NCBI GenBank assembly: GCA_965223845.1
Contig: CBDCXR010000004.1
Coordinates: 6,528,001 to 6,592,000 of the forward strand
Direction of reading: 5' to 3'
Source: Planctomycetota bacterium
GTDB taxonomy: Bacteria; Planctomycetota; UBA8108; SXIK01
Length of the DNA: 64,000 nucleotides
Made by a program: the position numbers and the translations under genes. This document shows, in pieces, positions 1-9,938 of the stretch. Every line of letters starts with the position of its first letter. The stretch's first letter is position 1. The notes beneath the pieces were generated by a model. The model saw only the letters and a list, made by a program, of their open reading frames with translations. It was not told the origin of the DNA and ran no database searches.

Positions 1-1
1 C

Positions 2-1135
2 TCGCAGCAAGAGGACGCCGCCGCGGAAGCGGCCGAGCCGGGAGGGACGATCGAAAACGACTCGATCGCTGCGGAGGCCGAAAGTGGCGGCGACGAGCGG
101 CGCGAGTACTGGCCGCTCGAAGCGATCGACGAGTCGCCGAGTGACGGGGAGCGAGATTCGCTGTCCGTCGAGAATCTCTTCGCCGATCTCACGGTCGGCG
201 TTCTCAACGATCCGGGCGATTCAGCGACGGCGTTCGGTTCCCTCGGGCTCAACTACGGTTTCCCGCTTGTCCGCGCGTGGCGACTCGGCGGCCAATTTGG
301 GGGCGATATCGCGATCCACGAGGAGGGGGACTTCGAAGTCGATGCGACGGGCGGGTTCTTCGTCCGCGACATCGAGCTCGGTCGCGATTCACGTGCCGGC
401 TTCGCGCTCCTTGGAGACTACCGCCACACGGCGAACCACGGAGATCTCTTCGGCCTCCGCGGCATCGCGGGAATCTCCTTGAGGAGCGGTCACCACTTCG
501 GAATCCGCGGGACCTATCCGCTGAACGACGAAACCGTCGACCGCGGTCTCACGACGATCGAAGTCGAAGAGATCCTCACGCGGCACGACGTCTTCTGGGG
601 ACGAGATTGGGACGAACGTCTGGGTACGGAGTTTTGGCTCGGCTACCAATCCGACCGTGTGGACGAGCTCGTCTTCGGCGTCTCGGCCTCCTACTCCGTG
701 ACCTCGCTCATCGCTCTCGCTCCTATGTTCGAGATCAACACCGCCGGGGACTACGCGATCGGTGCGAGCGTCGTCTTCGATCTCGGTCGTTCCGGTCGAC
801 GTTCGACCCTCACTCGGTTCGTCAGTCGCTCGGAGAGCGACTTCACGCCGATGCGGAAGCGAAGTTTCCCGCTGATGCTCGTCCAGTCGAGTCGACGGGG
901 GAGCGGTCCGTCGATGGCGCTTCCGGGAATGGACGGCGGTGACGACGGAGATGGTGATGGGAATGGGAATGGGAATGGAAACGGGAACGGGAATGGGAAT
1001 GGAAACGGGACCGGAGACGGGAACGGGAACGGGACCGGAGACGGGAACGGGAATGGGAATGGGAATGGGGACGGGACCGGAGACGGAGACGGAGACGGGG
1101 ACGGGGACGACGACAACCGCGATATCTGCGGATAG
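2..1135 (+). CDS. 5'-truncated putative outer-membrane beta-barrel-like protein (possibly DUF6666-like) with C-terminal Gly-Asn/Gly-Asp repeat tail
   Basis: Frame +2 is open from the window start through the listed ORF 479..1135; alternating amphipathic strands (GSLGLNYGFPL, LGGQFGG, GGFFVRD, FWLGY); (GX)27 tail. Confidence 0.6.
   Translation, partial: SQQEDAAAEAAEPGGTIENDSIAAEAESGGDERREYWPLEAIDESPSDGERDSLSVENLFADLTVGVLNDPGDSATAFGSLGLNYGFPLVRAWRLGGQFGGDIAIHEEGDFEVDATGGFFVRDIELGRDSRAGFALLGDYRHTANHGDLFGLRGIAGISLRSGHHFGIRGTYPLNDETVDRGLTTIEVEEILTRHDVFWGRDWDERLGTEFWLGYQSDRVDELVFGVSASYSVTSLIALAPMFEINTAGDYAIGASVVFDLGRSGRRSTLTRFVSRSESDFTPMRKRSFPLMLVQSSRRGSGPSMALPGMDGGDDGDGDGNGNGNGNGNGNGNGNGTGDGNGNGTGDGNGNGNGNGDGTGDGDGDGDGDDDNRDICG
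947..1108 (+). repeat. Hexamer tandem repeat (GGGAAT/GGGAAC/GGAGAC/GGGACC), 27 units encoding Gly-Asn/Asp/Thr
   Basis: Directly visible; in frame with the preceding CDS. Confidence 0.95.
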
Positions 1136-1179
1136 CCGTCGCCTCCGTCGTCACCACGCGCGCGACCGCGCGTGCGTGT

Positions 1180-2559
1180 TCAATCCGTCGTCCGCCGGAA
1201 GTGGATGCTCTTTCGCCGCGTGAGGTGGTAGTAACCGTAGCGAGAGAGCGTCGACCCTTTCCCGCTTTCGCGCACGCCCGTCCACGGCAGCGCGGGGTCG
1301 AGATAGTCGCAGCGGTTTTGGAAGACCGTTCCGACGTCGAGGCTCGCGGCGAGGCGCTCGGCGCGCTCGCCATCCTCCGTCCACACGCTCGCGGTTAGCC
1401 CGAAGCGAGTGTCGGTCATGCGAGCGAGTGCTTCTTCGTCGCTCATCACTTTCGCAACCGGGAGCAGCGGACCGAAACTCTCCTCCTGCATCGCGCTCGC
1501 GTCGTTTGGCACGCCGTCGAGCAAGGTCGGCCGGAAGAAATTCCCGCCCCCCGGCGACCACCCGCCGCCGAGAACCTCGCGCGCTCCTCGGCGGAGTGCG
1601 TCGTCCACTTGGTCCGTCAGGAACTGCGGCGCCGCATCGCTCGCGAGGGGGCCGAGCGTCGTTGTCTCATCGAGCGGATCACCGGTGCGGAGCGAGCTCA
1701 GGTGCGCGCTCGCGAGATCGAGAAATTCGTCGTAGACACTTTCGTGGATGTACGCGCGTTCGACCGCGCAGCACGACTGACCCGCGTTGTACGTAGCTCC
1801 TTCGACGACTCCAGCCGCCGCGAAGTCCAGATTCGCGTCTGCGGCGACGTAGGCCGGGTCTTTTCCGCCGAGCTCGAGCCCGACGTCGATCAAGCGTTCG
1901 CTGCCGATCGTGCGGTAGACCGAGCGTCCTCCGGGAACCGATCCCGTGAACGCCACGTAGCCGATGCGATCGTCGGCGACGAGTCGTGAGGTGTCGTCGT
2001 GCGTCGCGATCACGTTCTGGACGAGACCGTCGATGCCGAGATCCACAAACGCACGCTCGAACCGGTCTCCCACCATGGGTGTGCGCGCGCTGTGCTTGAG
2101 AAGCACCGAGTTTCCGGCCGCGAGGGCGGGAACAACGACGTTCACGGGGATGAGAAGAGGGTAGTTCCAAGCGGCGATGTTGAGCACCACGCCGAGTGGG
2201 ACGTGCTCGATGCGCCGGACGAAGCCCGGGCGGTCCGCGAAAACGTCGGGGCGAAGCGATTCTCTCGCGAGATCGAGCATCGTCTCGGCCCGGTCGAGCA
2301 TCGTCGCGAGCTCGCCTCGCGCTTCCGCGATCGGCTTCCCCATCTGCTGAGTCACTTCGCGCGCGATGTCCTCGCTCGCGTGGCGGAACGCGTCGAGCGC
2401 ACTGCGCACGCGAGTCACGCGTTCGTCGAGCTCCACATCACGCCACCGCTCGGCCGCCGCCGTCGCCGCGGCCAGCTTCCGTTCGAGCTCGCCCGGTGTG
2501 TCGTACGCGCTCTCCCAGACGAGACTCCGGTCGTACGGATTCAGCACTCGAAGATTCAC
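1180..2559 (-). CDS. Aldehyde dehydrogenase family protein
   Basis: AWNYP, FTGS, LELGGKDP, NAGQSCC (catalytic Cys), EESFGP. Confidence 0.95.
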   Translation of the reverse strand: MNLRVLNPYDRSLVWESAYDTPGELERKLAAATAAAERWRDVELDERVTRVRSALDAFRHASEDIAREVTQQMGKPIAEARGELATMLDRAETMLDLARESLRPDVFADRPGFVRRIEHVPLGVVLNIAAWNYPLLIPVNVVVPALAAGNSVLLKHSARTPMVGDRFERAFVDLGIDGLVQNVIATHDDTSRLVADDRIGYVAFTGSVPGGRSVYRTIGSERLIDVGLELGGKDPAYVAADANLDFAAAGVVEGATYNAGQSCCAVERAYIHESVYDEFLDLASAHLSSLRTGDPLDETTTLGPLASDAAPQFLTDQVDDALRRGAREVLGGGWSPGGGNFFRPTLLDGVPNDASAMQEESFGPLLPVAKVMSDEEALARMTDTRFGLTASVWTEDGERAERLAASLDVGTVFQNRCDYLDPALPWTGVRESGKGSTLSRYGYYHLTRRKSIHFRRTTD

Positions 2560-2731
2560 GGCGAGGTTCTCCTCTCCCGGTGACGCATCGATTCAGCTCG
2601 GTGTCCCTCGACCGCGCGCGGCGATCGTAGCGAAAGGTCGGGCGATTGGCCATACTGGTCGGCCGGCGCGGATCTCGAACGCGAGACGTGCGGAGCGGCG
2701 ACCGTACCGATCCCCGCGAGGAAACTAGACC

Positions 2732-3556
2732 GTGCGAAAGATCCTCGTCATCGGAGCTCACCCGGACGACTGCGAAGTGTGCGCGGGAGGGACGGCGTTC
2801 CTCTGGCGGCAGCGGGGTGACCGCGTTTCCTTCGTGTCGATGACGAACGGTGACGCCGGACACTTCAGCGAGGAACCCGAGTCGCTCGCGCGTCGGCGCC
2901 GAGAGGAGTCCGCTGCCGTCGCGCGGGCACTCGACATCGAGTACCTCATCCTCGATCACCACGACGGACGTCTCGAGCCGACGCTCGCCTGTCGCGAGGA
3001 GATCATCCGCCTGATTCGGCGCGAAGATCCGGATCTGATCCTCACGCACCGGCCGAACGACTATCACCCCGACCATCGCTACACGTCGGTCATCGTTCAG
3101 GACGCCGCCTACACCGTCACGGTCCCGCTCATTTGTTCCGATACGCCGCACCTCCGGAAGAATCCGGTGTTCGGGTATCTCTCCGATGCGTTTCAGAAGC
3201 CCGCTCCGTTTTCGCCGGACGTCGCGATCGACGTCGACGCGGTGATGCCCGAAAAGTGGAAGCTTCTGCATGCACACGAGTCGCAGTTCTACGAGTGGCT
3301 TCCCTACAACGACGGGACCGCGGACGAGGTGCCGCCGCCCGATCGACCCGAAGATCGCCTCGCGTGGCTCGAGCGCCGCTGGTCGCCGGAATTCTCCGCA
3401 TTGGCGGATCGCTCTCGCGCGAGCCTCGCGGAGTCCTACGGAGCGGAGAGCGCAGCGCGGGTTCGCTTCGCCGAGGCATTCGAGATCAGTGAGTACGGCT
3501 CGCAACCGTCCACTTCCGACCTACGCGCCCTCTTTCCGCTCGCGGAACGGATCTGA
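2732..3556 (+). CDS. PIG-L/LmbE family deacetylase
   Basis: GAHPDD and HPDH metal-binding motifs, TNGDAG, HESQF. Confidence 0.93.
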   Translation: MRKILVIGAHPDDCEVCAGGTAFLWRQRGDRVSFVSMTNGDAGHFSEEPESLARRRREESAAVARALDIEYLILDHHDGRLEPTLACREEIIRLIRREDPDLILTHRPNDYHPDHRYTSVIVQDAAYTVTVPLICSDTPHLRKNPVFGYLSDAFQKPAPFSPDVAIDVDAVMPEKWKLLHAHESQFYEWLPYNDGTADEVPPPDRPEDRLAWLERRWSPEFSALADRSRASLAESYGAESAARVRFAEAFEISEYGSQPSTSDLRALFPLAERI

Positions 3557-3736
3557 CGTCGCACGGTCCGATATCACCGCGGGATCCGGGTCATGTTCTC
3601 GGCCCCGGTTCAAGCGGGCTTTCGGTGGATTCCGATGATCCGGATGCCCCCCGCGCCCTCGACGCGCACAGGGGCAGAGCGGCCGGAGCCTCCAGATCGG
3701 CCGCGGCGTTCCGTCCCTTCGAGGAGACGACTCACG

Positions 3737-4711
3737 ATGCCCGACACCGACAAGCTCTCCGCGCCGACGACCTCGACCGCGACTCCGGGCGGAGTCGCAG
3801 TCTCCGAGAGTCCGCGCACGCAGCATCAGGGCGACACGCGTCGAGAATCGTTTGATTCGCTTCCCGCGAGACTCCAACCCGGCGATCGACTCGAGAAGTG
3901 GTGGATCGGCCGGGAGATTTGCTCCGGGGCGACGGCATCGGTCTTCGAGGCGAATGGCGAAGGTCTTCGATTCCCGCTCGCGGTGAAGGTCCTCTCGTCG
4001 CATCTCACGCTCGTCGACCGCGCGGTGCGCCGCTTTCGCGTCGAAGCCGATCTCCTCTCGCGCCTTCGCCACCCCTACATCGTCGAGTTCGTCGGGTCCG
4101 GCGAGGACCGTGGCTATCACTATTACGTGATGCGCCGCGAGACTAGCCTCACCGCGCGCGATCTTCGCCACACCGAAGGCCTGTCGTCGACCGCGGCGTT
4201 CCTTCGTCGGGTGGTGACGATGTTTCGGGGCCTGGCCGAGGCTCTCGCGGCCGCGCACGAGCTGGGCATCGTGCATCGCGACGTCAAGCCGGAGAATCTG
4301 CTTCTTTCTCCCGAGGGCGAGTTGATCCTGAGCGACTTCGGCTCGGCGCTCGATTCGCGCACTCGCGACCCCGAGCTCGAGAGTTGCCTCTGGGGCACTC
4401 TCCGTTACATGAGCCCCGATCAGTTCCTCAGCGACGCCGATCCGTACGATCCCCGCATCGACGTCTACGGTCTCGGTCTCTCGCTCTACGAGGTCGTGAC
4501 CGGTCAGTGCCCCGTCCCACGCGGCGACGAAGACGAGATCGCCGAGTGGAAGCTGAGCCAGAAGCTGCCGGACGCGCGACGGGTTCAGCCCGAAGTTTCG
4601 CTCGGCCTCGAGCGCGTCCTCCGACGGGCGACGGCTCGTCGACCGGGCGATCGCTATCAGAATCCGGGCGAGTTCGCGCGGGCGCTGCGCCGCCTCCAGC
4701 CGAAAGACTAG
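3737..4711 (+). CDS. Hanks-type Ser/Thr protein kinase (kinase domain only)
   Basis: AVKVL, HRDVKPEN, DFG, GTLRYMSPD, DVYGLG; ATG 3737 with GAGGAG upstream (listed ORF starts 3593). Confidence 0.92.
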   Translation: MPDTDKLSAPTTSTATPGGVAVSESPRTQHQGDTRRESFDSLPARLQPGDRLEKWWIGREICSGATASVFEANGEGLRFPLAVKVLSSHLTLVDRAVRRFRVEADLLSRLRHPYIVEFVGSGEDRGYHYYVMRRETSLTARDLRHTEGLSSTAAFLRRVVTMFRGLAEALAAAHELGIVHRDVKPENLLLSPEGELILSDFGSALDSRTRDPELESCLWGTLRYMSPDQFLSDADPYDPRIDVYGLGLSLYEVVTGQCPVPRGDEDEIAEWKLSQKLPDARRVQPEVSLGLERVLRRATARRPGDRYQNPGEFARALRRLQPKD

Positions 4712-4738
4712 CCTCGCGTACTGCGAGCTCGAGTGCCC

Positions 4739-5848
4739 TCAGCCCGGAAGCGCTCGTCCCCGATTCGTCGACTCACCGAGCGGGCGGTGGATCGTGATCT
4801 GCTGGCCGTCCGACACGCCGTCGAAGTAGCTTCGGTCGCGCGTCACGCCGGAACCGCTCGACTTTGCGACGCGGGGATTCCGGTAGCGATAGTAGGCGTC
4901 GAGGTCGCGGTCGCCCGTCCAGACGAGGCCCTGCTCTTCCTTGAGCTGCTTTCGTTCGTTCTCGAGCTTCTGGTAGAGGCCGCGGAACACCCCGGCGAGG
5001 TACTGTCGCTTGGTTCCGCGTTCGGCGGCGGAAAGACGTCGCCGCGACAGCCACAGCGAATCGGCGAGACGGGTGAGATACGTGTGAACGTACACCGCGA
5101 CGTCGAGATTGGATTTCGTGCCGCTCAGTTCGAGCACGCGACCCTGACGGTTCGATCGCGCGTCGTAGGAGAAGCTCCAGAGCGTGCAGACGAAGAAGTG
5201 GTTCTGAAGGATGTGACCGAGAGTGTACTCGTACTCCTGGATTCGCTGCGCGATCCTCCCGACGATTCGCGTCTCGTACTCCTGCGTGCGGCCTTCGATG
5301 TCGGCGAGGCTGAGGTTGTACTTCAGAAGGAATCGCTGCGCCATTCGCATCGCACTCGCCGCCTCGTGCTCGTTCGGGCTGCCGGCGAGCGCGAGGAGCT
5401 CGCGCACGCGCCCGAGGAGGCGGTCCCGTTCTTCGCGCGACTGCCCGAGCGCCTCGAGGTCTTCGGGCGAAGCGGCGGCACGCGCTTCGGCGCGCAGGAT
5501 CTTGCACGCCTCGGCGAAGTCCGAGCCGTGGGGAGCAGCGTTCGAAACCCGGAGCACTTCGTCGACGTACTGGTGCGCCATCTCGTGACGCAGCGTCTCG
5601 AGCACTTCGGTCCAGCTATGCGCGAGAACGTGCCGAGCGCTGATCGTGATCGTGCGCGTCGTCGGGTTCCACTCGCCGTACGTCGTCTCGGACGCCGAAA
5701 GCTCGATGAGAGGCGGCTGAAGAGCGTCTCTCGCGTACTCGTAGTTGAAGAGATCGTAGTACCAGCGGAGGTGAACGATCCACGCGGTTTGAAGGGACGG
5801 AGGGATCTCGTGAGGATCGACCTGGAAGCGATCGGATCGGGCGTCCAT
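4739..5848 (-). CDS. SprT-like zinc metalloprotease domain + DUF2786 domain protein
   Basis: TLRHEMAHQY (HExxH) and HG..F; LLALAGSPNEHEAASAM resembles DUF2786. Confidence 0.8.
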   Translation of the reverse strand: MDARSDRFQVDPHEIPPSLQTAWIVHLRWYYDLFNYEYARDALQPPLIELSASETTYGEWNPTTRTITISARHVLAHSWTEVLETLRHEMAHQYVDEVLRVSNAAPHGSDFAEACKILRAEARAAASPEDLEALGQSREERDRLLGRVRELLALAGSPNEHEAASAMRMAQRFLLKYNLSLADIEGRTQEYETRIVGRIAQRIQEYEYTLGHILQNHFFVCTLWSFSYDARSNRQGRVLELSGTKSNLDVAVYVHTYLTRLADSLWLSRRRLSAAERGTKRQYLAGVFRGLYQKLENERKQLKEEQGLVWTGDRDLDAYYRYRNPRVAKSSGSGVTRDRSYFDGVSDGQQITIHRPLGESTNRGRALPG

Positions 5849-6097
5849 GAGTCCTTCGGGTCCGGCGGCTGCGTGCGGACGGAAACCGCACGAATCGCTC
5901 CGGCAGCGAGTTTCCGGCTTTTTGTTCGAGGTATCTTCGGTCAGCGCGGGTGAGTATATCCCGGCGGCGAGTTTTCGCTATGGGCTCGCTCGCCACCCGT
6001 GCGGGTGAGCGGCGCCCCGGTTTCCGGTGAATGTCCGGCGGATCTCACCGTCTACCGCGTACGAGAATGGACCGGGACCGACGGGAGCCGACCAGTC

Positions 6098-9000
6098 ATG
6101 TCGCGTGGCCAGCGAGTACGGATGCTCTTGGCGTTCACCGCGGGTGCGATCGCAGCGCTGACGGCGATGGTATTCGTGTGGTTGAGCGCCCTCCGTCCGG
6201 AGGAGAACTTTCACCTCGGACGCTCTCTCGAGTACTACCTCGAGACCCTCGAGAGCGAGGATGAGGACGAGCGAAAGGCGGCTCACTCGGCGCTCGGACA
6301 CCTCGACCGCTCGCACGTCCGGCGGTTGCGTCGCTTGGTGCGCGCGCTGCGAACGGCGCAGACCGCCGATGGGAAGAGGCATCTCTTGGCCGCGCTCGGT
6401 CGCCTCGGTCCGCCCTCGATTCCGATTCTCCGTCGCTGGGCTCACGCCGAGGACGACGACGAAGCCGTAGCGGCGGTGTCCGCGCTTGCGACGGCCGGGC
6501 CGCTCTCGACGCCCGTGCTCACGAGTCTTCTACCCGACCCCCGTCAGTCCGTTCGGCGCGCGGCGCTGGGCGGGATTCGACGGCTCGGCCAGACGGCTCG
6601 CGAGGCCGCACCGCTGCTCGTCGCGATCCTCCGTCTCGAAGAGTTCGATCGCGAGCGCGAGTCCTCTGACGCCTCTCACGTCACCAGCGCGCTGGAAGCG
6701 ATCGGAGCGCCGGCGCTGCCGTATCTTCTCGAGCTCCTCGAGAGCGAGACGACCGGCAGAGCACTGCGGATGCGAGTTCTCGGCGTCATGGAATCGATCG
6801 CCGACCCGAGCCTCGTCTCCGCGATCGCGCGCGTGCTCCGCACCGCCGCGGAACGAGCCGTTTCCGAGGCGGTATCTCCGGAGGAGCAGGACGCCGCAGC
6901 GGAGGAGGCTCTCGTCGCGGGCCGCGCTCTCGAGGCGATCGGTTTGCCAGCGGTGCCGGCGTACGTAGGTCTCCTCCGGGAGACGTCGGATTCTGCGCTC
7001 CGCGAGCACCTCCTCGGATGGATCGATGCGATCGCGGGGACCTCGATCGCGGAACATGAAAGCCGCGCGGCGGCTCTCGGAGCCGCGAGTCCTTCGACTG
7101 CCGATCTCGTTCTCGTCCCGGAACGGACGTCCGGCCGGCGTGGCGTGGTCCTCTCGGGCGCGGCGATCCCGAACTCGAGTGGGCGCCGAACGACTCGAAC
7201 GGTTGCGCCCGCGTCGCCTAGGGTTCGCACCGCGCGGCCGCCGGTCGCGGTTTCGAGTACCCGCGGTTCCCCCAGTTCGCGCAGTTCTTCCCGCCGGTCG
7301 GCGGCGAGCGCGGTGCAAACGCGGCGAAGGATCGCGCCCTCCTCGAGTCGCTCTAGGCCGAAGGAGCTCTCAGCTGCCCAACTGCGTACGCAGCTCCACG
7401 CGCGGCCGGAGTGGATCCGTTCGCTTCTCCCCGAGCTCCGTCGTTCCCTCCGCACGGGAACGGAGAGTGAACGCCTCCTCGCCGTCGCTCTCGTGGGAAA
7501 AATCGGCCCCGAGGCGCGTGCTCTTCTGCCGCTCGTTTTCGAGGAGTACGCGCGGGCGTCGCGTCGAAAGTGGGCGGAGCTCGACGCGGCGATCTGGCGG
7601 CGTTCCCGCGAAAGTGGACCGGCTCTGTTGGTGCCGCGCATCAACCGAGAGTTTGGCGTGTTGTCGCTTCACGCGATGCGGCGCATGGGACGGTCGGGCG
7701 CCGCGCTGCTCGCGCTGCGCGCGAGCGTCGGAAAATTCGAGCGCCGGCTGGCGGCGCTGCTTTCGCTTCGCGAGCTCGGGAAAGACGCGAGCTCGGTCGG
7801 CGACACGCTTCGCGGCGCGATGCTGGATGGCGATCGACGCATCCGCCTGGCGGCGGCCGGGGCGCTCATCGCGACCGGCGAAGCGGCGGCGGCAACCGCC
7901 GCTCAGCTCGTCGAGCGACTCCGCGCGGATCTCGACGGTCTCCATCCGAACGCGCTCGCGCAGCGGAATAGCGAGCTCAAACGCCTCATCGAGTGGTATT
8001 CCGCCTGCTTCGCGGAGCTTTGGCCAGCGTCCGCGCCGGCCGTACTGAGGATGGCGGATAGCGACGAGTGGCTGCTGCGCTTTGCCGGACTGAAGGCGCT
8101 CGAGCAATCGGATCTCGACGCCGTCGAGCTGCCGCTAAAGGAAGAGCTCGTGTCGCGGCTCGTTCGGCTGATCGAATCGGATTCGACGCCTTACGACGAG
8201 GACGAGCGGAGCTACGTCGCCGACGCCGATGGACTACCGCCGGGGTCGCGCGCGTCGTGGTCGACGTCGAGCCGTCGTCATGCGTTTTCCGTGCTCACGA
8301 AGCTAGGGACGGCCGGTGCTCCGATCGCGCCTCGGGTCATCGACCATCTTCTCGATTCGCGAACGTCGTCGTCGACGATCGAGTATCTGAAGGGACTCGG
8401 ACCGGCGATCGAGGGAGCAGCGGAAACCTTGTTCGAGCTCGCCGTCGAGCGGTCGAGACGCGCGCTGGCCACGAGCCACCACGCGCTTCGGCCGATCACG
8501 GATCCCGAGCGGTCGTTCCTCTTCCAAGCCAGAGAGCATGCGCTTCCGGCTCTTACCGCCGCGCTCGACGACGCCGATCCGTACGTCCGGTACTGGGCGA
8601 TCGAGCTCGTCGCGCATATCGTTCTGGACGAACGGCGCTCGAGTCGCTCGCGGCGAGTCGTTTCTAGGAGTCGCGGGGGTGCATCGCCACCGCGCCGAGG
8701 CCCAGCCCCGCGATCAGCGGACGAGAACGACGAGTCCGCTCCCAAATCGCATCTCCGTGAGTATCTCGATCTTGTGCTCGCTCTGTCGAAGGACGAGCTC
8801 GCGGAGACTCGCGCGGTCGCCGCGCGGATCTTCGGGGCGCGTGAAGCGTGGGTGATCGGAGCTTCGGACGAGGCGAAGCGCGCCGTCGCTCGGCGGACCG
8901 TGGCTCTTCTCGGGGATCCGCAGTCGAACGTGCGGCTCCAGGCGGCGCGAAGTCTCGTCGGGACGAAAGAGTTGAGCGCCGAGGATGCAGATGGAGTCGT

Positions 9001-9910
9001 CGACGCGATCCTCCGCGAGTACGACCGCCTCGAAGGCTCCTACGTGATCGAGCTCCGAGACGATCAGCTCCACTACACCGAACGCGCCACGACGCCACCG
9101 GGCGCGGCGGACGAAGATGTCACTCGCGCGATCCCCCGATCCGGCCTGAGGCGGATGGCGGGTCGCTCGTCGCGTTCGCGCCAGGCCTCGGTCCGCCGAA
9201 CGCTCTCGTCGCGGAGTCGATCGACTTCTCGCTCTCGATCGGTGCGGGTTCGGATCCCCCCGGAGGCCGCGTTCTTCAGCGCCCTGGTGCGGAGTGCGCC
9301 CGAGCTCGGGTCGGCGATGGTTCCGCGACTCATCCACCATCTCGAGACCGCCGACGATGCGACGGTCGCGCGCATTTTGATCAGCATGCTAGCGACGATT
9401 CGTCCGGCCTACATCGAGATCGAAACCGTGCTCGTCGCGCGCTGGAATGCGGCGGGAGACGATGACGCCAAGCTCGAGGAGTGGCGTGACATCGCGCGCT
9501 TGATCGGGGAGTACGGGGCAGCGGCGAAGTCGTCGCTCCCGGCGATCGGAAGCCAGCTCGCCGTCGCCGCCGGACGTCTCGCCGAGACGGACGGCGAAGT
9601 GGCGACCGATCGCGCGATCGCGCGCGTCACCGAATTGTTCGTGGTGTTGCGAGCGCTCGGTGAGGAGGGCCTCGCGATCGCGGACGGGCTCGCCGCGCAT
9701 CCAGAAGCGCGCGTACGGTATCTCGCCGCGAAGCTGTTCGTCGATCTCGGTGCGAGTGCCGAGCGCGCGCGCACGACACTCGACGCGTTCGAGGCCGATT
9801 CGGAGCCCGCTCTCCGATACTACGCACGCTGGGTGCGCTCCGAACTTCAGCGAAACGAGGTCTCGTCCGAAGCCGAGTTGCCGGAGAGCGGAGAGAGCGG
9901 CGAGCCGTGA
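6098..9910 (+). CDS. Large HEAT-repeat protein with N-terminal membrane anchor
   Basis: N-terminal hydrophobic helix; many LL.D....VR..A..AL units; ATG 6098 preceded by GGGAG (listed ORF from 5999). Confidence 0.8.
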   Translation: MSRGQRVRMLLAFTAGAIAALTAMVFVWLSALRPEENFHLGRSLEYYLETLESEDEDERKAAHSALGHLDRSHVRRLRRLVRALRTAQTADGKRHLLAALGRLGPPSIPILRRWAHAEDDDEAVAAVSALATAGPLSTPVLTSLLPDPRQSVRRAALGGIRRLGQTAREAAPLLVAILRLEEFDRERESSDASHVTSALEAIGAPALPYLLELLESETTGRALRMRVLGVMESIADPSLVSAIARVLRTAAERAVSEAVSPEEQDAAAEEALVAGRALEAIGLPAVPAYVGLLRETSDSALREHLLGWIDAIAGTSIAEHESRAAALGAASPSTADLVLVPERTSGRRGVVLSGAAIPNSSGRRTTRTVAPASPRVRTARPPVAVSSTRGSPSSRSSSRRSAASAVQTRRRIAPSSSRSRPKELSAAQLRTQLHARPEWIRSLLPELRRSLRTGTESERLLAVALVGKIGPEARALLPLVFEEYARASRRKWAELDAAIWRRSRESGPALLVPRINREFGVLSLHAMRRMGRSGAALLALRASVGKFERRLAALLSLRELGKDASSVGDTLRGAMLDGDRRIRLAAAGALIATGEAAAATAAQLVERLRADLDGLHPNALAQRNSELKRLIEWYSACFAELWPASAPAVLRMADSDEWLLRFAGLKALEQSDLDAVELPLKEELVSRLVRLIESDSTPYDEDERSYVADADGLPPGSRASWSTSSRRHAFSVLTKLGTAGAPIAPRVIDHLLDSRTSSSTIEYLKGLGPAIEGAAETLFELAVERSRRALATSHHALRPITDPERSFLFQAREHALPALTAALDDADPYVRYWAIELVAHIVLDERRSSRSRRVVSRSRGGASPPRRGPAPRSADENDESAPKSHLREYLDLVLALSKDELAETRAVAARIFGAREAWVIGASDEAKRAVARRTVALLGDPQSNVRLQAARSLVGTKELSAEDADGVVDAILREYDRLEGSYVIELRDDQLHYTERATTPPGAADEDVTRAIPRSGLRRMAGRSSRSRQASVRRTLSSRSRSTSRSRSVRVRIPPEAAFFSALVRSAPELGSAMVPRLIHHLETADDATVARILISMLATIRPAYIEIETVLVARWNAAGDDDAKLEEWRDIARLIGEYGAAAKSSLPAIGSQLAVAAGRLAETDGEVATDRAIARVTELFVVLRALGEEGLAIADGLAAHPEARVRYLAAKLFVDLGASAERARTTLDAFEADSEPALRYYARWVRSELQRNEVSSEAELPESGESGEP

Positions 9911-9938
9911 GCGCGGTACTGCGCGACGGGAACTCGGT

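Noticed and set aside
751-1223. Pro-Phe and Gly-Met repeat ORFs
   Set aside because: Alternative frames of the hexamer repeat; only the Gly-Asn frame continues a long upstream ORF
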